Shown: positions 28,117 through 37,808 of the stretch, piece by piece
Layout of the letters: each line of letters starts with the position of its first letter
Position numbering within the stretch: the first letter of the stretch is position 1
Assembly (NCBI GenBank): GCA_964485195.1
Contig: CAZAIK010000006.1
Coordinates: 12,720-76,719 of the forward strand
Source of the DNA: an uncultured Methanosarcinales archaeon
GTDB lineage: Archaea; Nanobdellota; Nanobdellia; Woesearchaeales; CAIVOO01
Direction of reading: 5' to 3'
DNA length: 64,000 nt
Notes under the pieces: model-generated
What the model saw: only the letters and a program-made list of their open reading frames with translations
Databases searched by the model: none
Told to the model about the DNA's origin: nothing
Made by a program: the position numbers and the translations under genes

Positions 28117-28915
28117 AGAAGAGAAAAAAGAAGAAATGGAAAAAGAAGGAGAAACAGAAGAAAACGAGGAAGTAATGGAAGGGGCCGAGGAGATTGCAAA
28201 AGAAAAAAAGCCTCAGCAGGTGATTGAATTTGCTGAATGGGACCCTAAAACAGAAATAGGCAGAAAAGTAAAGAATGGGGAGATTGTTAATATTAAGGAA
28301 ATATTGGATGAGGGCAAGATAATAAAGGAAACCCAGATAGTTGACATCCTTCTTCCGGACCTGGAGACAGACCTTCTCCTTATAGGCCAGGCCAAAGGAA
28401 AATTCGGGGGAGGAAAGAGAAGGATATTCAGGCAGACCCAAAAGAAAACAAGAGAGGGTAACAAGCCACATTTCATGACCCTTGCTGTTGCAGGAAACAA
28501 GGATGGATATGTGGGAGTGGGTGCAGGCAAGTCGAAAGAGACTGTTCCTGCCAGGGAAAAGGCCTACAGAAGGGCCAAGCTTAATATGCTCAAAATAAGA
28601 AGAGGTTGCGGCTCATGGCAGTGCGGATGCAAAACCGGGCATTCCATACCTTTCAGGGTGAAGGGCAAGTGCGGGTCTGTAGAAATAGAATTGATACCTG
28701 CCCCCAAAGGAACAGGGCTAAAAGTTGAGAAGGAATGCCAAAAAATCCTGAAACTGGCAGGCATAACAGATGTTTGGTCAAAAACCCGGGGAAAAACAAC
28801 CACAAAGATCAACGTAATGTACGCCTGCCTGGACGCTCTTAAAAATCTGATGAAAACAAAAGTAAAACCTGAACACTATGAAGTTTTAGGAATGGTAGAG
28901 GGGATTCAAAAATGA
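28109..28915 (+). CDS. rps5: 30S ribosomal protein S5 (uS5), acidic N-terminal extension
   Basis: 268 aa. FMTLAVAGNKDGYVGVGAGKSKE signature. Confidence 0.85.
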   Translation: MVEEEKKEEMEKEGETEENEEVMEGAEEIAKEKKPQQVIEFAEWDPKTEIGRKVKNGEIVNIKEILDEGKIIKETQIVDILLPDLETDLLLIGQAKGKFGGGKRRIFRQTQKKTREGNKPHFMTLAVAGNKDGYVGVGAGKSKETVPAREKAYRRAKLNMLKIRRGCGSWQCGCKTGHSIPFRVKGKCGSVEIELIPAPKGTGLKVEKECQKILKLAGITDVWSKTRGKTTTKINVMYACLDALKNLMKTKVKPEHYEVLGMVEGIQK

Positions 28916-29265
28916 AGCTTGCAGTGATACGGATAAAAGGGGATATCGGACTTAATGAGGATGCAAAGAAAACTTTTCGCATGCTTAATTTAAACAAGAA
29001 ATTCGCCTGTTCTGTGCTGGAAGACAACCCGGTAAACAAAGGGATGATAAGAAAGATAAAAGATTTCAGCACCTATGGGAATGTTAGTGAAGAAACACTC
29101 GCGCTTCTCAAGAAGAAAGAAAAAGAAGGCCAGAAGTGTTATAATCTCCACCCTCCAGTAGGCGGTTTTGAAAGGAAAGGAACCAAGAAGTCCTTTAACG
29201 CGGGAGGCGCTCTAGGAGAAAGGGGAGACAAAATAAATGACCTTATCAAGAGGATGCTCAAATGA
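28912..29265 (+). CDS. rpl30: 50S ribosomal protein L30 (uL30)
   Basis: 117 aa. MKLAVIRIKGDIGLNEDAKKTFRMLNL signature. Confidence 0.8.
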   Translation: MKLAVIRIKGDIGLNEDAKKTFRMLNLNKKFACSVLEDNPVNKGMIRKIKDFSTYGNVSEETLALLKKKEKEGQKCYNLHPPVGGFERKGTKKSFNAGGALGERGDKINDLIKRMLK

Positions 29266-29720
29266 CAGTGAATAAAAGAAAGAAAAACAGCAGGCACAGG
29301 GGAAGCTGGACCCATGGCTGGGGCGAAAAGAAAAAGCACAGAGGTGCCGGAAGCCGAGGGGGCAGGGGAAATGCCGGCTCAGGGAAAAAAGGCGATTCCA
29401 AGAAACCCTCCATATGGAAGAATCCCTCATATTTCGGAAAGAAAGGTTTCAAAAGCAAGAATTTCAGGAAGTTTGTGGGGCAGAACACAGGCTACTTAGA
29501 GAAAGGCCTGGATAAATTACTGGAGAAAAACCTGATTTCAAAAGAAAATGATGTTTACTCAGTTGATTCAAGAAAATTAGGCTTTAACAAGCTCTTGGGC
29601 AGGGGGAAGGTAAAGCGTAAGTTTAAAATAGAAGTGCCCTTTGCTTCCAAAAAGGCCATACAGGTAATAAAAGAGGCTGGCGGTTCAGTGAGCTGTGAAA
29701 AGGCAGAACAAAAAGAATAA
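29262..29720 (+). CDS. rpl15: 50S ribosomal protein L15 (uL15)
   Basis: 152 aa. G/R-rich N-terminus RHRGSWTHGWG...GRGNAGSG. Confidence 0.85.
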   Translation: MTVNKRKKNSRHRGSWTHGWGEKKKHRGAGSRGGRGNAGSGKKGDSKKPSIWKNPSYFGKKGFKSKNFRKFVGQNTGYLEKGLDKLLEKNLISKENDVYSVDSRKLGFNKLLGRGKVKRKFKIEVPFASKKAIQVIKEAGGSVSCEKAEQKE

Positions 29721-29731
29721 AGGGGTGTTGA

Positions 29732-31114
29732 ATGGCATTTAACTGGTTATACAATTTTCCAGAAGTAATATCTCCTTCTCAGAAAAGGCTTGCTTTCAAG
29801 GAGAAACTCAAGTGGACATTAATCATTCTTATCCTTTTTTTCGTTCTGGGACTGGTGCCTCTCTTCGGACTTGGAACAAACGCCCTGCAGCAGTTTGAAT
29901 ATCTGTCAGCCATACTGGCAGCAGAGTTCGGCTCCATAATCTCTTTGGGAATTGGTCCAATCGTGACTGCATCCATTGTTCTTCAATTACTGAATGGTTC
30001 AGGAATGCTGAGGTTTGACCTGACCAGTGAGGAGGGCAAGAAGAAGTTTCACGGGGTTCAGAAGTGGCTGTCTGTATTTTTTGTGGTATTTGAAGCAATA
30101 GTGTATGTTTTTATGGGAGGGCTTGCTCCTCCTGAGGCTTTGGCAGGAACCCCCACATATACGTCGCTCCAGTTTCTCCTGATATTCCAGCTGTTCCTGG
30201 GGGGTATTATGATAATGCTGATGGATGATGTCATAAACAAGTGGGGCTTTGGGTCCGGAGTTTCATTGTTCATCGCAGCAGGGGTTTCCAAGCAAATAAT
30301 TGTCAGGGCATTCAACCCCCTGCCTTCACCCACAAACCCTGAGGTGGCTGCAGGGGCAATCCCGGCGCTTGTGCAGCATCTTTCTGCTGGGGAGCCCACC
30401 GCTGCCCTGCTTTTGCTGGCAGGCCTGATAGCCACGGCAGCTGTGTTCGCGCTTGCGGTTTTTGGCCAGGCTATGAAGGTGGAAATACCCTTATCCTTTG
30501 GAAGGGTGAGAGGGTATGGTATAAGATGGCCCTTGCAGTTCATATATACCTCAAACATACCTGTAATACTAATTTCAGCGCTTATAGCCAATGTGCAGCT
30601 TTGGGCAAGGCTTTTCCAGAACTGGGGATATCCCCTGCTCGGAACTTTCGTGGGGAACACCCCTGCCACTGGTATTGTCTCTTGGCTTTTTGCACCCAAT
30701 ATAGTAGAAAAGATTATCACTCAAAGCCTGACTCTCGCTAATGTCGGACAGGCAGCGTTCTACATGCTTTTCCTTGTGGCAGGAAGCGTAGTTTTCAGCA
30801 TCTTCTGGGTACAGACATCTGGAATGGACGCCCGCTCCCAGGCAAGGAATATTATGTCTTCAGGCCTGCAGATCCCCGGATTCAGAAGGGATGAAAGGGT
30901 TTTGGAGCACATCCTAAAAAGATATATAGGACCTCTCACAATAATGGGTGCAATACTGGTGGGTATCCTTGCAGGAATAGCAGATTTGTCAGGCGCCCTG
31001 GCTCACGGCACAAGCATACTGCTTGCTGTTATGATCATATACAAGCTTTATGAAGAGATAGCAACGCAGCATATGTATGACATGAACCCTATGCTAAGAA
31101 AATTTATGGAATAA
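29732..31114 (+). CDS. secY: preprotein translocase subunit SecY
   Basis: 460 aa, 10 TM. Canonical end of the cluster; GIGPIVTASIVLQLL and plug region present. Confidence 0.9.
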   Translation: MAFNWLYNFPEVISPSQKRLAFKEKLKWTLIILILFFVLGLVPLFGLGTNALQQFEYLSAILAAEFGSIISLGIGPIVTASIVLQLLNGSGMLRFDLTSEEGKKKFHGVQKWLSVFFVVFEAIVYVFMGGLAPPEALAGTPTYTSLQFLLIFQLFLGGIMIMLMDDVINKWGFGSGVSLFIAAGVSKQIIVRAFNPLPSPTNPEVAAGAIPALVQHLSAGEPTAALLLLAGLIATAAVFALAVFGQAMKVEIPLSFGRVRGYGIRWPLQFIYTSNIPVILISALIANVQLWARLFQNWGYPLLGTFVGNTPATGIVSWLFAPNIVEKIITQSLTLANVGQAAFYMLFLVAGSVVFSIFWVQTSGMDARSQARNIMSSGLQIPGFRRDERVLEHILKRYIGPLTIMGAILVGILAGIADLSGALAHGTSILLAVMIIYKLYEEIATQHMYDMNPMLRKFME

Positions 31115-31128
31115 AGATTTGAATAAAA

Positions 31129-31857
31129 ATGGCAATATTTGAAACAATACTTTCACTGCATCCCCTGATTGTAATATTGGGTTTTTCTTTTCTGGTCACT
31201 CTGATATCCATATTCGCTTACAAGTTCTTCACAAACCAAAGGGAGATGAAGCAGCTGAAGATGGATTTGAAAGACCATCAAAAGGAAATGAAAAAGCACA
31301 GGGGGGACCAGAAGAAATTAATGGAGTTGCAGAAAAGAAGTATGGAGAAAAACCTTCAATATATGAAGCATTCATTCAGGCCAATGATATTTACTTTCCT
31401 TCCCATAATACTGCTTTTTGGATGGCTTCACGCCAATCTTGCCTACGAGCCCTTGCAGCCGGGAGAGCCCTTTAACATTAATGTCCACGCAACGCAGGGG
31501 TTTAACCTGAGCATACTCCCCCAGGAAGGGATAAATATTCTGAACAGCACGGTTGCTGAAGAGCAAACAATTTACACAGTGGAGGGGGAAAAGGGCACCT
31601 ATACCCTGTTCATAGAAGTGCCTGGTGAAGAGGAAAAAACTGCCGAATTTGTAATAACAAACAAGCAGGAATATGAAGGTCCTGAGTTCAAATTCAAAAG
31701 TGACGTAGTGAAATTAGTGGAATTCAGTAATGAAAAAATGAAGCCTTTCGGCGAGAAATTCAATATTTTCGGCTATCACCCCGGATGGTTCATAGTTTAT
31801 CTTGTTTCAGCAATAGTTTTCAATTCCATTCTGAGGAAGGTGTTTAAGATTTATTAA
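31129..31857 (+). CDS. DUF106-family membrane protein (archaeal YidC/Oxa1/EMC3-like insertase candidate) with extra C-terminal domain
   Basis: 242 aa. TM1, K-rich coiled-coil (KQLKMDLKDHQKEMKKHRGDQKKLMELQKR), TM2 and a C-terminal TM. Occupies the conserved post-secY slot. Confidence 0.5.
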   Translation: MAIFETILSLHPLIVILGFSFLVTLISIFAYKFFTNQREMKQLKMDLKDHQKEMKKHRGDQKKLMELQKRSMEKNLQYMKHSFRPMIFTFLPIILLFGWLHANLAYEPLQPGEPFNINVHATQGFNLSILPQEGINILNSTVAEEQTIYTVEGEKGTYTLFIEVPGEEEKTAEFVITNKQEYEGPEFKFKSDVVKLVEFSNEKMKPFGEKFNIFGYHPGWFIVYLVSAIVFNSILRKVFKIY

Positions 31858-31882
31858 TTAAAAAAAGTTTTATCAAAAATTT

Positions 31883-32167
31883 TTATCCTATGCTGAAAAC
31901 GGGCTCTGTAATGTCCTCGGATTTGCACCTGGGACACTTGGTTGGCCTGGTGAATTTCTGCCTGTCCTTGAAAACAAACCCGCACGAGTTGCACTCCGCC
32001 CATTTTCGCTTGAACTTCTTGTGCTGGCTCTTCACAGTTTGGGAGATATGATACAAGTCTTTTGTAATGTCCCTGACATCAACCCCAAAATGATCTGCAA
32101 GCTCTTTTAAAGACCTTGCCCCCTCCTCCAGCATTTCAATCATCTCTTTCCTGCGAGTCTGGATCAT
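31883..32167 (-). CDS. HTH + zinc-ribbon transcriptional regulator (COG3357-like)
   Basis: 94 aa. N-terminal HTH then CNSCG...CPRC. Confidence 0.5.
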   Translation of the reverse strand: MIQTRRKEMIEMLEEGARSLKELADHFGVDVRDITKDLYHISQTVKSQHKKFKRKWAECNSCGFVFKDRQKFTRPTKCPRCKSEDITEPVFSIG

Positions 32168-32193
32168 CTTAGCTAACTGTTTGGATAATTCAA

Positions 32194-32589
32194 CTAAAAG
32201 GTGTCCTTTGTTAATTCTTCAAATTTCAATCCCAGCAATCTTGCCTTTTCCAGGTTCAACACAAAATTTCCCTGCGAGGTCTTGCTCATTTCCTGCAAAG
32301 GCACGAAAAACCATTCCTGCCTGTCAAACCGCACCCCCACCCAGGGCTGGGCTCCGAACACTCCTGCGAAGTTCTTTAATGCTTCGGCCTGCTCATTGGA
32401 AATGTACTGGTTTTTTGACTTGGTGGACTTGCATTCTATTGCCAGCTTTTTCTTGTAATTTCCTGCGATAATGTCAGGGCTCGGAAACCTGGATGAGCCT
32501 GAGCCGGCTATTCTATGAGCTGCCCACCCTGCTTTCCAGAACATTTTTACCAGCTCCCGTTCTGCATTGCTGCCTTTTCCCTTTTGCAT
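32194..32589 (-). CDS. hjc: Holliday junction resolvase Hjc
   Basis: 131 aa. GSNAERELVKMF...RIAGSGS...PDIIAG...LAIECKST, the PD-(D/E)xK pattern of Hjc. Confidence 0.75.
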   Translation of the reverse strand: MQKGKGSNAERELVKMFWKAGWAAHRIAGSGSSRFPSPDIIAGNYKKKLAIECKSTKSKNQYISNEQAEALKNFAGVFGAQPWVGVRFDRQEWFFVPLQEMSKTSQGNFVLNLEKARLLGLKFEELTKDTF

Positions 32590-32670
32590 TTTAACAAAGA
32601 TATTTTTGATAATTAAAAATATTCTCTTTAAAACAGAAATATTTAAAAATAAAGATATAATTGGGAGGGT

Positions 32671-32880
32671 ATGTCCAAAAAAAATATCCCTCTCGCTGCT
32701 ATGGAGAAAATAATGAAATCAGCAGGGGCGTCGAGAGTGGCTGATAAGGCCAAGATTGTGCTCAGGGACGCTCTGGAGGAAAAGGCTGAAAACATAGCCC
32801 AGAACGCTACGAAATATGCCGGCCATTCCAAAAGAAAGACAGTCAAAGGTTCTGATGTAAAGCTTGCTTCTAAAATATAA
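32671..32880 (+). CDS. archaeal histone (second copy)
   Basis: 69 aa. IPLAAMEKIMKSAGASRVADKAKIVLRDALEE histone-fold signature. Confidence 0.8.
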   Translation: MSKKNIPLAAMEKIMKSAGASRVADKAKIVLRDALEEKAENIAQNATKYAGHSKRKTVKGSDVKLASKI

Positions 32881-32882
32881 GC

Positions 32883-33080
32883 TTATTCCGCACTCTGTTC
32901 ACGGGGGCTTTTTTCAAGGGCGTTTGCATTCCCCTTAAGAGACTCTGAGAGCTTCTCCAGACCCCTGACCAGCTGCTCTTTGGTAAGCTTGTTTTCCTCA
33001 AACTGCTGAACCTCTGATATTGCCTTCTCAAGCTCTTCCTTGATTATACCAATAACCACCAAATCTTCGGATTTAGGCAT
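32883..33080 (-). CDS. small coiled-coil hypothetical protein
   Basis: 65 aa, helical, no motif; convergent with histone gene. Confidence 0.25.
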   Translation of the reverse strand: MPKSEDLVVIGIIKEELEKAISEVQQFEENKLTKEQLVRGLEKLSESLKGNANALEKSPREQSAE

Positions 33081-33155
33081 TTTGTATCACCTATTGAACC
33101 TTCTTTATCCCTAAATTTTTAAAAGTTTGGGAACTTACTAAGAAAGGGGAGTAAA

Positions 33156-33629
33156 ATGGCAGTTGTAAAGGTACAAAAAATAGAAAAGGAAATTGACAAT
33201 ATCAGCTATTCTCAAAGGGGAAGTGCCGGAATCGATTTGAGGGCTTCCGGAAAGTGGGTTGTTGGCCTGGACTCTGAAAGCAGGGAAATAAAACAGGATA
33301 AGTATGAGTTAAAATCTAGAGAGAGAATCCTTATCAAGACAGGAATAAAGATAATGATTCCTGAAGGCCACTGGGGGAACATCAGGGACAGGAGCGGTCT
33401 TGCTTTTAATCACGGCCTGCACGTGATGGCCGGAGTGGTTGACGAGAATTATCGCGGGGAAGTGGGTGTTGTGATTGTAAATTTAAGCAAAGAGCCTTAT
33501 GAAATAAAAAAGAATGAGAGGATTGCCCAGATGGTAGTCTGCCCTTGTGAATCAGCAGAGATTTCTTACGAAGAGGAGCTTGGGGACAGCAACAGGGGTG
33601 AGAACGGATTTGGAAGTTCAGGCAGGTGA
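33156..33629 (+). CDS. dut: dUTP diphosphatase (dUTPase)
   Basis: 157 aa. GSAGIDLRA, RSGLA, GVVDENYRGEVGVV, C-terminal RGENGFGSSG motifs. Confidence 0.8.
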   Translation: MAVVKVQKIEKEIDNISYSQRGSAGIDLRASGKWVVGLDSESREIKQDKYELKSRERILIKTGIKIMIPEGHWGNIRDRSGLAFNHGLHVMAGVVDENYRGEVGVVIVNLSKEPYEIKKNERIAQMVVCPCESAEISYEEELGDSNRGENGFGSSGR

Positions 33630-34532
33630 TCAGACCTTTAATTTCATAAAATCGTAAGATGCTTTGGTGTTTACAAAATAGGTTTTTGCTTCCTCTTCCA
33701 GTTCTTTTGTTGTCTTGTATCTTTGCGAGAAATGGGTCAACAGCAGTTTTTTAACTCCTGCTTTATTTGCTATCTGAGCTGCTTCCTTGGCTGTCAGATG
33801 GTCATATTCCTCTGCCTTCTCCTCCTTCTCCGAGGAAAACGTGGATTCGCAGATTAACAAATCAGCATCTTTCGCAAGTTTCACGGCATTATCGCAATAC
33901 AGGGTATCCGGAACATAGGCAATCTTCTTTCCCTCAACCAGCCTTGTAGTCTCCTCAGGGGATACCTCTTTGCCCTTGAAGTCAACGCTTTTCCCTTTCT
34001 GCAGCCTGTTCCACAGGAGACCTTTTGGGATTTTCAGTTTCTTCATTACATCCAGCCTCATCTTCCTTTTCGGATTTTCTGTCAGGGAAAAACCAACAGT
34101 GGGGAGTTTATGGATCATCTCCAGGCTTTCTATGTTGTATTCCTCACTTTTGTAGATTACGCCTTCAGATACCTCGTGAACTTCCATATCAATGCGCTTG
34201 TCAGATTCAAAGGCCTTCAGCATATTGTCAAAATGCTTTTTTGTGCCTTTAGGCCCGTAAATGTGCAGGGTCTTCTCATAATTCTGCGCTCCCAGGGTCT
34301 GTATGAGGCCCGGAAGACCCAGCACGTGGTCTCCGTGCCAGTGGCTGATGAAAACCTTGTTTATCCTGTTGATGTCCACCCCTGCTATTTTCATCTGCCT
34401 CTGAGTACCTTCTCCGCAGTCAAAAAGCAGGGAATCCTTTTCGTGGTAGAGCAGTATGGCTATGTGATTCCTGTCCTTTGTGGGAACCATTGAAGCTGTG
34501 CCCAGCATTGTGATTTCCATATAACCTCCCAA
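33630..34532 (-). CDS. rnz: ribonuclease Z (tRNA 3' endonuclease, metallo-beta-lactamase)
   Basis: 300 aa. HWHGDH motif; RNase Z-type MBL organisation. Confidence 0.8.
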   Translation of the reverse strand: MGGYMEITMLGTASMVPTKDRNHIAILLYHEKDSLLFDCGEGTQRQMKIAGVDINRINKVFISHWHGDHVLGLPGLIQTLGAQNYEKTLHIYGPKGTKKHFDNMLKAFESDKRIDMEVHEVSEGVIYKSEEYNIESLEMIHKLPTVGFSLTENPKRKMRLDVMKKLKIPKGLLWNRLQKGKSVDFKGKEVSPEETTRLVEGKKIAYVPDTLYCDNAVKLAKDADLLICESTFSSEKEEKAEEYDHLTAKEAAQIANKAGVKKLLLTHFSQRYKTTKELEEEAKTYFVNTKASYDFMKLKV

Positions 34533-34599
34533 AACAAAAGCTTTTTAATGTTAATTATCATAAGCATTTATAAGGTTTTTTAAGTTTTAAATCCATAAA

Positions 34600-35151
34600 A
34601 TGACCAAAAAAACAGCCAAAAAAAGAGCCAGAAAAGTCAGGGCAACTCTTGTGGGGAACAAGGTGAATACCGAAGACTCTGACCTTGCCAGGGAATTGTA
34701 CAATCAGGGAAGGTTTGGGACTTTGCTGGAAAACGGCAGGGTGCAATTATCCTTGATAGAAGCTCTGTATTTAATGGAAAAGGAAAAGATTACAGTTTAT
34801 TCTGAAAGGAAAAAAATAGAATTTGACAAGATCCTTAAAAAAGTGGAGAAAAAAGAACCGGACATTTTGACAAGATTCCTGGTCTATAAGAATATGAGAA
34901 ACAGGGGGTATATTGTTAAAACAGCCCTGAAATTCGGCGCAGAATTCAGGGTGTATGACAGGGGAGTGAAGCCAGGAGAGGACCACGCAAAATGGATTGT
35001 TTACCCTGTGAAGGAAGGGTCAACAATTACCTGGTATGAATTCGCAGCGAAAAACAGGGTTGCCCATTCCACAAAGAAAAGGCTTCTTATAGCAATAGTG
35101 GATGAGGAACGCGATATAACCTATTATGAGATAAGATGGACCAGACCATGA
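34600..35151 (+). CDS. endA: tRNA-splicing endonuclease EndA
   Basis: 183 aa. RNRGYIVKTALKFGAEFRVYDRG...HAKWIVYPV catalytic-domain signature. Confidence 0.75.
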   Translation: MTKKTAKKRARKVRATLVGNKVNTEDSDLARELYNQGRFGTLLENGRVQLSLIEALYLMEKEKITVYSERKKIEFDKILKKVEKKEPDILTRFLVYKNMRNRGYIVKTALKFGAEFRVYDRGVKPGEDHAKWIVYPVKEGSTITWYEFAAKNRVAHSTKKRLLIAIVDEERDITYYEIRWTRP

Positions 35152-36110
35152 ACGCGGACCAAGTCGTCAGGGTAGCTGCCACCAAAGGCCCTGTTTTGCC
35201 TGTTCAGGTGGTAAAAGAGCTGGGAGGCAGCACTATGCTGGCAGGCGCTTTGTTATCACAGCTTGTCTACCAAAAACGACTCCGGGTTTCCAATCTTAAG
35301 ATAGGAGGATCCCCCTTATACTATGTTAAAGGCCAGGAGCACAAGCTTCAGGATTATTACAAGTATCTAAACGAAAAGGACAAGAAAACATTTGACCTGC
35401 TAAAACAAAAAAAAATATTGAAAGACAGCGAACAGGAGCCATTAGTGAGAGTTTCCCTCAGGAATATCAAGGATTTTGCCATCCCCCTCGAAGTAACTTT
35501 TGACCAGGAAAAAGAGATATTCTGGAAATGGTATTTGCTGAACGAGGATGATGCCCGGGATATGATAAGGGACTACCTGAAAGTCGGGGAAAAAGAAAGT
35601 GCGCAGAACAGGCTAAAGGAGGGAGAAGAGATAAAGAAGATTGAGGAAAACAAGAAACCTGAAATAGAGAAGCATTTGCAGGATTTTTCTCCCTCTGATA
35701 CTGTGAGATATGAAGAGGGTAAAAAGGAGGAGAGTAAAGAAAGAGGCGAACAGGAGCAGGAGGATGCGCCAGAAGATAAGGAGATTGGCGAATGGGGGGC
35801 AAGGGATGCTTTTGGGAAGAAAATAATAAACTTTTTAAAAAATAAAGGGATTATTATCAAAAATTTTGAGGTAAAGCGCAAGAATTCAGATGCCGACTTA
35901 CACCTTGTAATACCAAGTGCCGTGGGGGAGATGGAGTATTACTGCAAGGCCAAGAACAAGAAAAAAGTAAATGACTCTGATGTCTCTTCCGCTTATGTGC
36001 AGGGACAGCTGAAAAAACTGCCCGCGATACTGTTAACCACGGGCGATTTGACAAAAAAAGCCAAAGAATTAATTTCAAAGGAAATAAAGATTTCAATACT
36101 TAAAATGTAG
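35136..36110 (+). CDS. hypothetical protein: N-terminal winged-helix-like domain, acidic linker, C-terminal possible PD-(D/E)xK-like domain
   Basis: 324 aa. Overlaps endA end (operon). C-terminal SDADLHLVIPSAVGEMEYYCKAK resembles a D...E.K nuclease core. Confidence 0.45.
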   Translation: MDQTMNADQVVRVAATKGPVLPVQVVKELGGSTMLAGALLSQLVYQKRLRVSNLKIGGSPLYYVKGQEHKLQDYYKYLNEKDKKTFDLLKQKKILKDSEQEPLVRVSLRNIKDFAIPLEVTFDQEKEIFWKWYLLNEDDARDMIRDYLKVGEKESAQNRLKEGEEIKKIEENKKPEIEKHLQDFSPSDTVRYEEGKKEESKERGEQEQEDAPEDKEIGEWGARDAFGKKIINFLKNKGIIIKNFEVKRKNSDADLHLVIPSAVGEMEYYCKAKNKKKVNDSDVSSAYVQGQLKKLPAILLTTGDLTKKAKELISKEIKISILKM

Positions 36111-36120
36111 GGGGTGCAAA

Positions 36121-36741
36121 ATGAAAAAAACATTAACATTATTGGCAGTTCTGCTTCTGGCATCATTCGTGCTGGCAGGATGCGGAGAGAGAAGCGTAGT
36201 GGAGCAGACTGCCTCAGGAGGAGAGGCAATGCAGACGGGCGGAGATGATACTGAAACGGCTGATCCTGCAAGTGAGACTATTTCAGACGACGGACCCGAT
36301 ATTTCAGCGCTTAAAGGCGACGGGCTTGAATGCCTAAGGCCAGGGGTGAGGGTATGCCTTCCTGTGAATTATGCAACAGCTGACGTTGGAGACACTGTAG
36401 GGTTCGCATTCGGAACCATAAATCAGTTTCCTGACACCAAGAAATTTGCCATAAAGCTGAAGTTTGTAAGGACCCAGCAGTCCCTGGGAGAGCTGGCCAT
36501 AGAAACCGACAAGGACTATATGGGAAGGTGGCTGAATGTCAATGATTTAGACACATATTATGAGCTTGACCCTAAGGAGAAGTTTTCCAATCCCATACTG
36601 GTGAAGGTAATGGATGAGGTAGCTGAAGGAAAACCAACGCAGCCAGGGGCTTATGTGTTTGAAGTCCAGGCTCAAACCTTTGAAGACGGTTTCTATGATG
36701 ACTATGGCGGGGCTCAGCAGATTACTGTGAGAGTCCAGTAA
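36121..36741 (+). CDS. secreted lipoprotein (hypothetical), acidic
   Basis: 206 aa. Signal peptide MKKTLTLLAVLLLASFVLAGC with lipobox LAGC. Confidence 0.55.
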   Translation: MKKTLTLLAVLLLASFVLAGCGERSVVEQTASGGEAMQTGGDDTETADPASETISDDGPDISALKGDGLECLRPGVRVCLPVNYATADVGDTVGFAFGTINQFPDTKKFAIKLKFVRTQQSLGELAIETDKDYMGRWLNVNDLDTYYELDPKEKFSNPILVKVMDEVAEGKPTQPGAYVFEVQAQTFEDGFYDDYGGAQQITVRVQ

Positions 36742-36770
36742 AAAACAATTTAATTTTTATTTTTTATCAA

Positions 36771-37808
36771 ATGGGAACAAAACTCAAAGAGATAATAGAG
36801 AGAAAAAGCACTTCTTTTAAGGAATTAGCTGGCAAGATAGTTGTAGTCGATTCTTTTAATATTCTTTACCAGTTCTTAAGCTCTATAAGGCAGGCAGACG
36901 GCACCCCCCTAATGGATATGGAAGGAAACATTACCAGCCATCTGAACGGCCTTTTTTTCAGAACCGCCAAGATGCTGGAACACGACATCAGGCCAGTCTT
37001 TGTGTTTGACGGCAAAGCCCATGATTTGAAGAGGGAAGAGAAGCAGAGGAGGGTTGAGAGCAAGGAGAAGGCCAGGAAACAATACGACGTTGCCAAGCGA
37101 AGGGAAGACGTTGAAGCTATGAAAAAGTTTGCCTCCCGCACCTCCCACCTTTCCAGTGAGATGGTGTCCGAAGCAAAGCAGTTGCTAACAGCAATGGGGC
37201 TTCCTGTAGTGCAAGCCCCTTCTGAGGGAGAGGCGCAGGCCGCATATATGGTGAATGAAGGGGATGCCTTCGCAGGAGTCAGCCAGGATTATGACTGCCT
37301 GCTTTACGGAGTTAAGAAGGTCATACAAAACCTTGCAGTTTCAGAAAAGCGGAAGAAACCAGGAGCATTGGGTTATGTAAAAGTTTCGCCCCAGATTGTT
37401 GATCTCGAGGAAAACAAGAAAAGGCTTGGGATAAACCAGGAACAATTGATAATACTGGGCATACTAGTAGGGACTGATTACAATTATGGGGGCATAAAAG
37501 GAATCGGCCCCAAAACTGCCTTAAAACTGGTTAAGGAGCATAAGGATAATTATGAGGAGCTTTTCAAAGAAGTTAAATGGAAAGAGAATTTCAATATTGA
37601 CTGGAAGGAAATATTTGACATAATAAAAAAAGCTCCTGTCACTGATGATTATAAAATTGAATTCAAGGCCCTTGATGAGGGCAAGGTAAAGGACTTGCTT
37701 GTAGAAAGATACGGCTTCAGCGAGGCAAGGGTTGACAGCGCACTAAGCAGGCTGAAACAAAGAGTTAAGGAAACGGCTCAAAAAGGGCTTGGAGGGTGGA
37801 TGAGATGA
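36771..37808 (+). CDS. fen: flap endonuclease FEN1
   Basis: 345 aa. XPG-N VVDSFNILYQF, XPG-I QAPSEGEAQAAYM, H3TH GTDYNYGGIKGIGPKTALKL, C-terminal PIP-like GLGGWM. Confidence 0.85.
   Translation: MGTKLKEIIERKSTSFKELAGKIVVVDSFNILYQFLSSIRQADGTPLMDMEGNITSHLNGLFFRTAKMLEHDIRPVFVFDGKAHDLKREEKQRRVESKEKARKQYDVAKRREDVEAMKKFASRTSHLSSEMVSEAKQLLTAMGLPVVQAPSEGEAQAAYMVNEGDAFAGVSQDYDCLLYGVKKVIQNLAVSEKRKKPGALGYVKVSPQIVDLEENKKRLGINQEQLIILGILVGTDYNYGGIKGIGPKTALKLVKEHKDNYEELFKEVKWKENFNIDWKEIFDIIKKAPVTDDYKIEFKALDEGKVKDLLVERYGFSEARVDSALSRLKQRVKETAQKGLGGWMR

Noticed and set aside
36121-36741. Higher-GC lipoprotein gene as horizontally transferred island
   Set aside because: GC elevation is modest and explained by Gly/Ala/Asp/Thr-rich secreted-protein composition. 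No flanking repeats or tRNA; treated as native.
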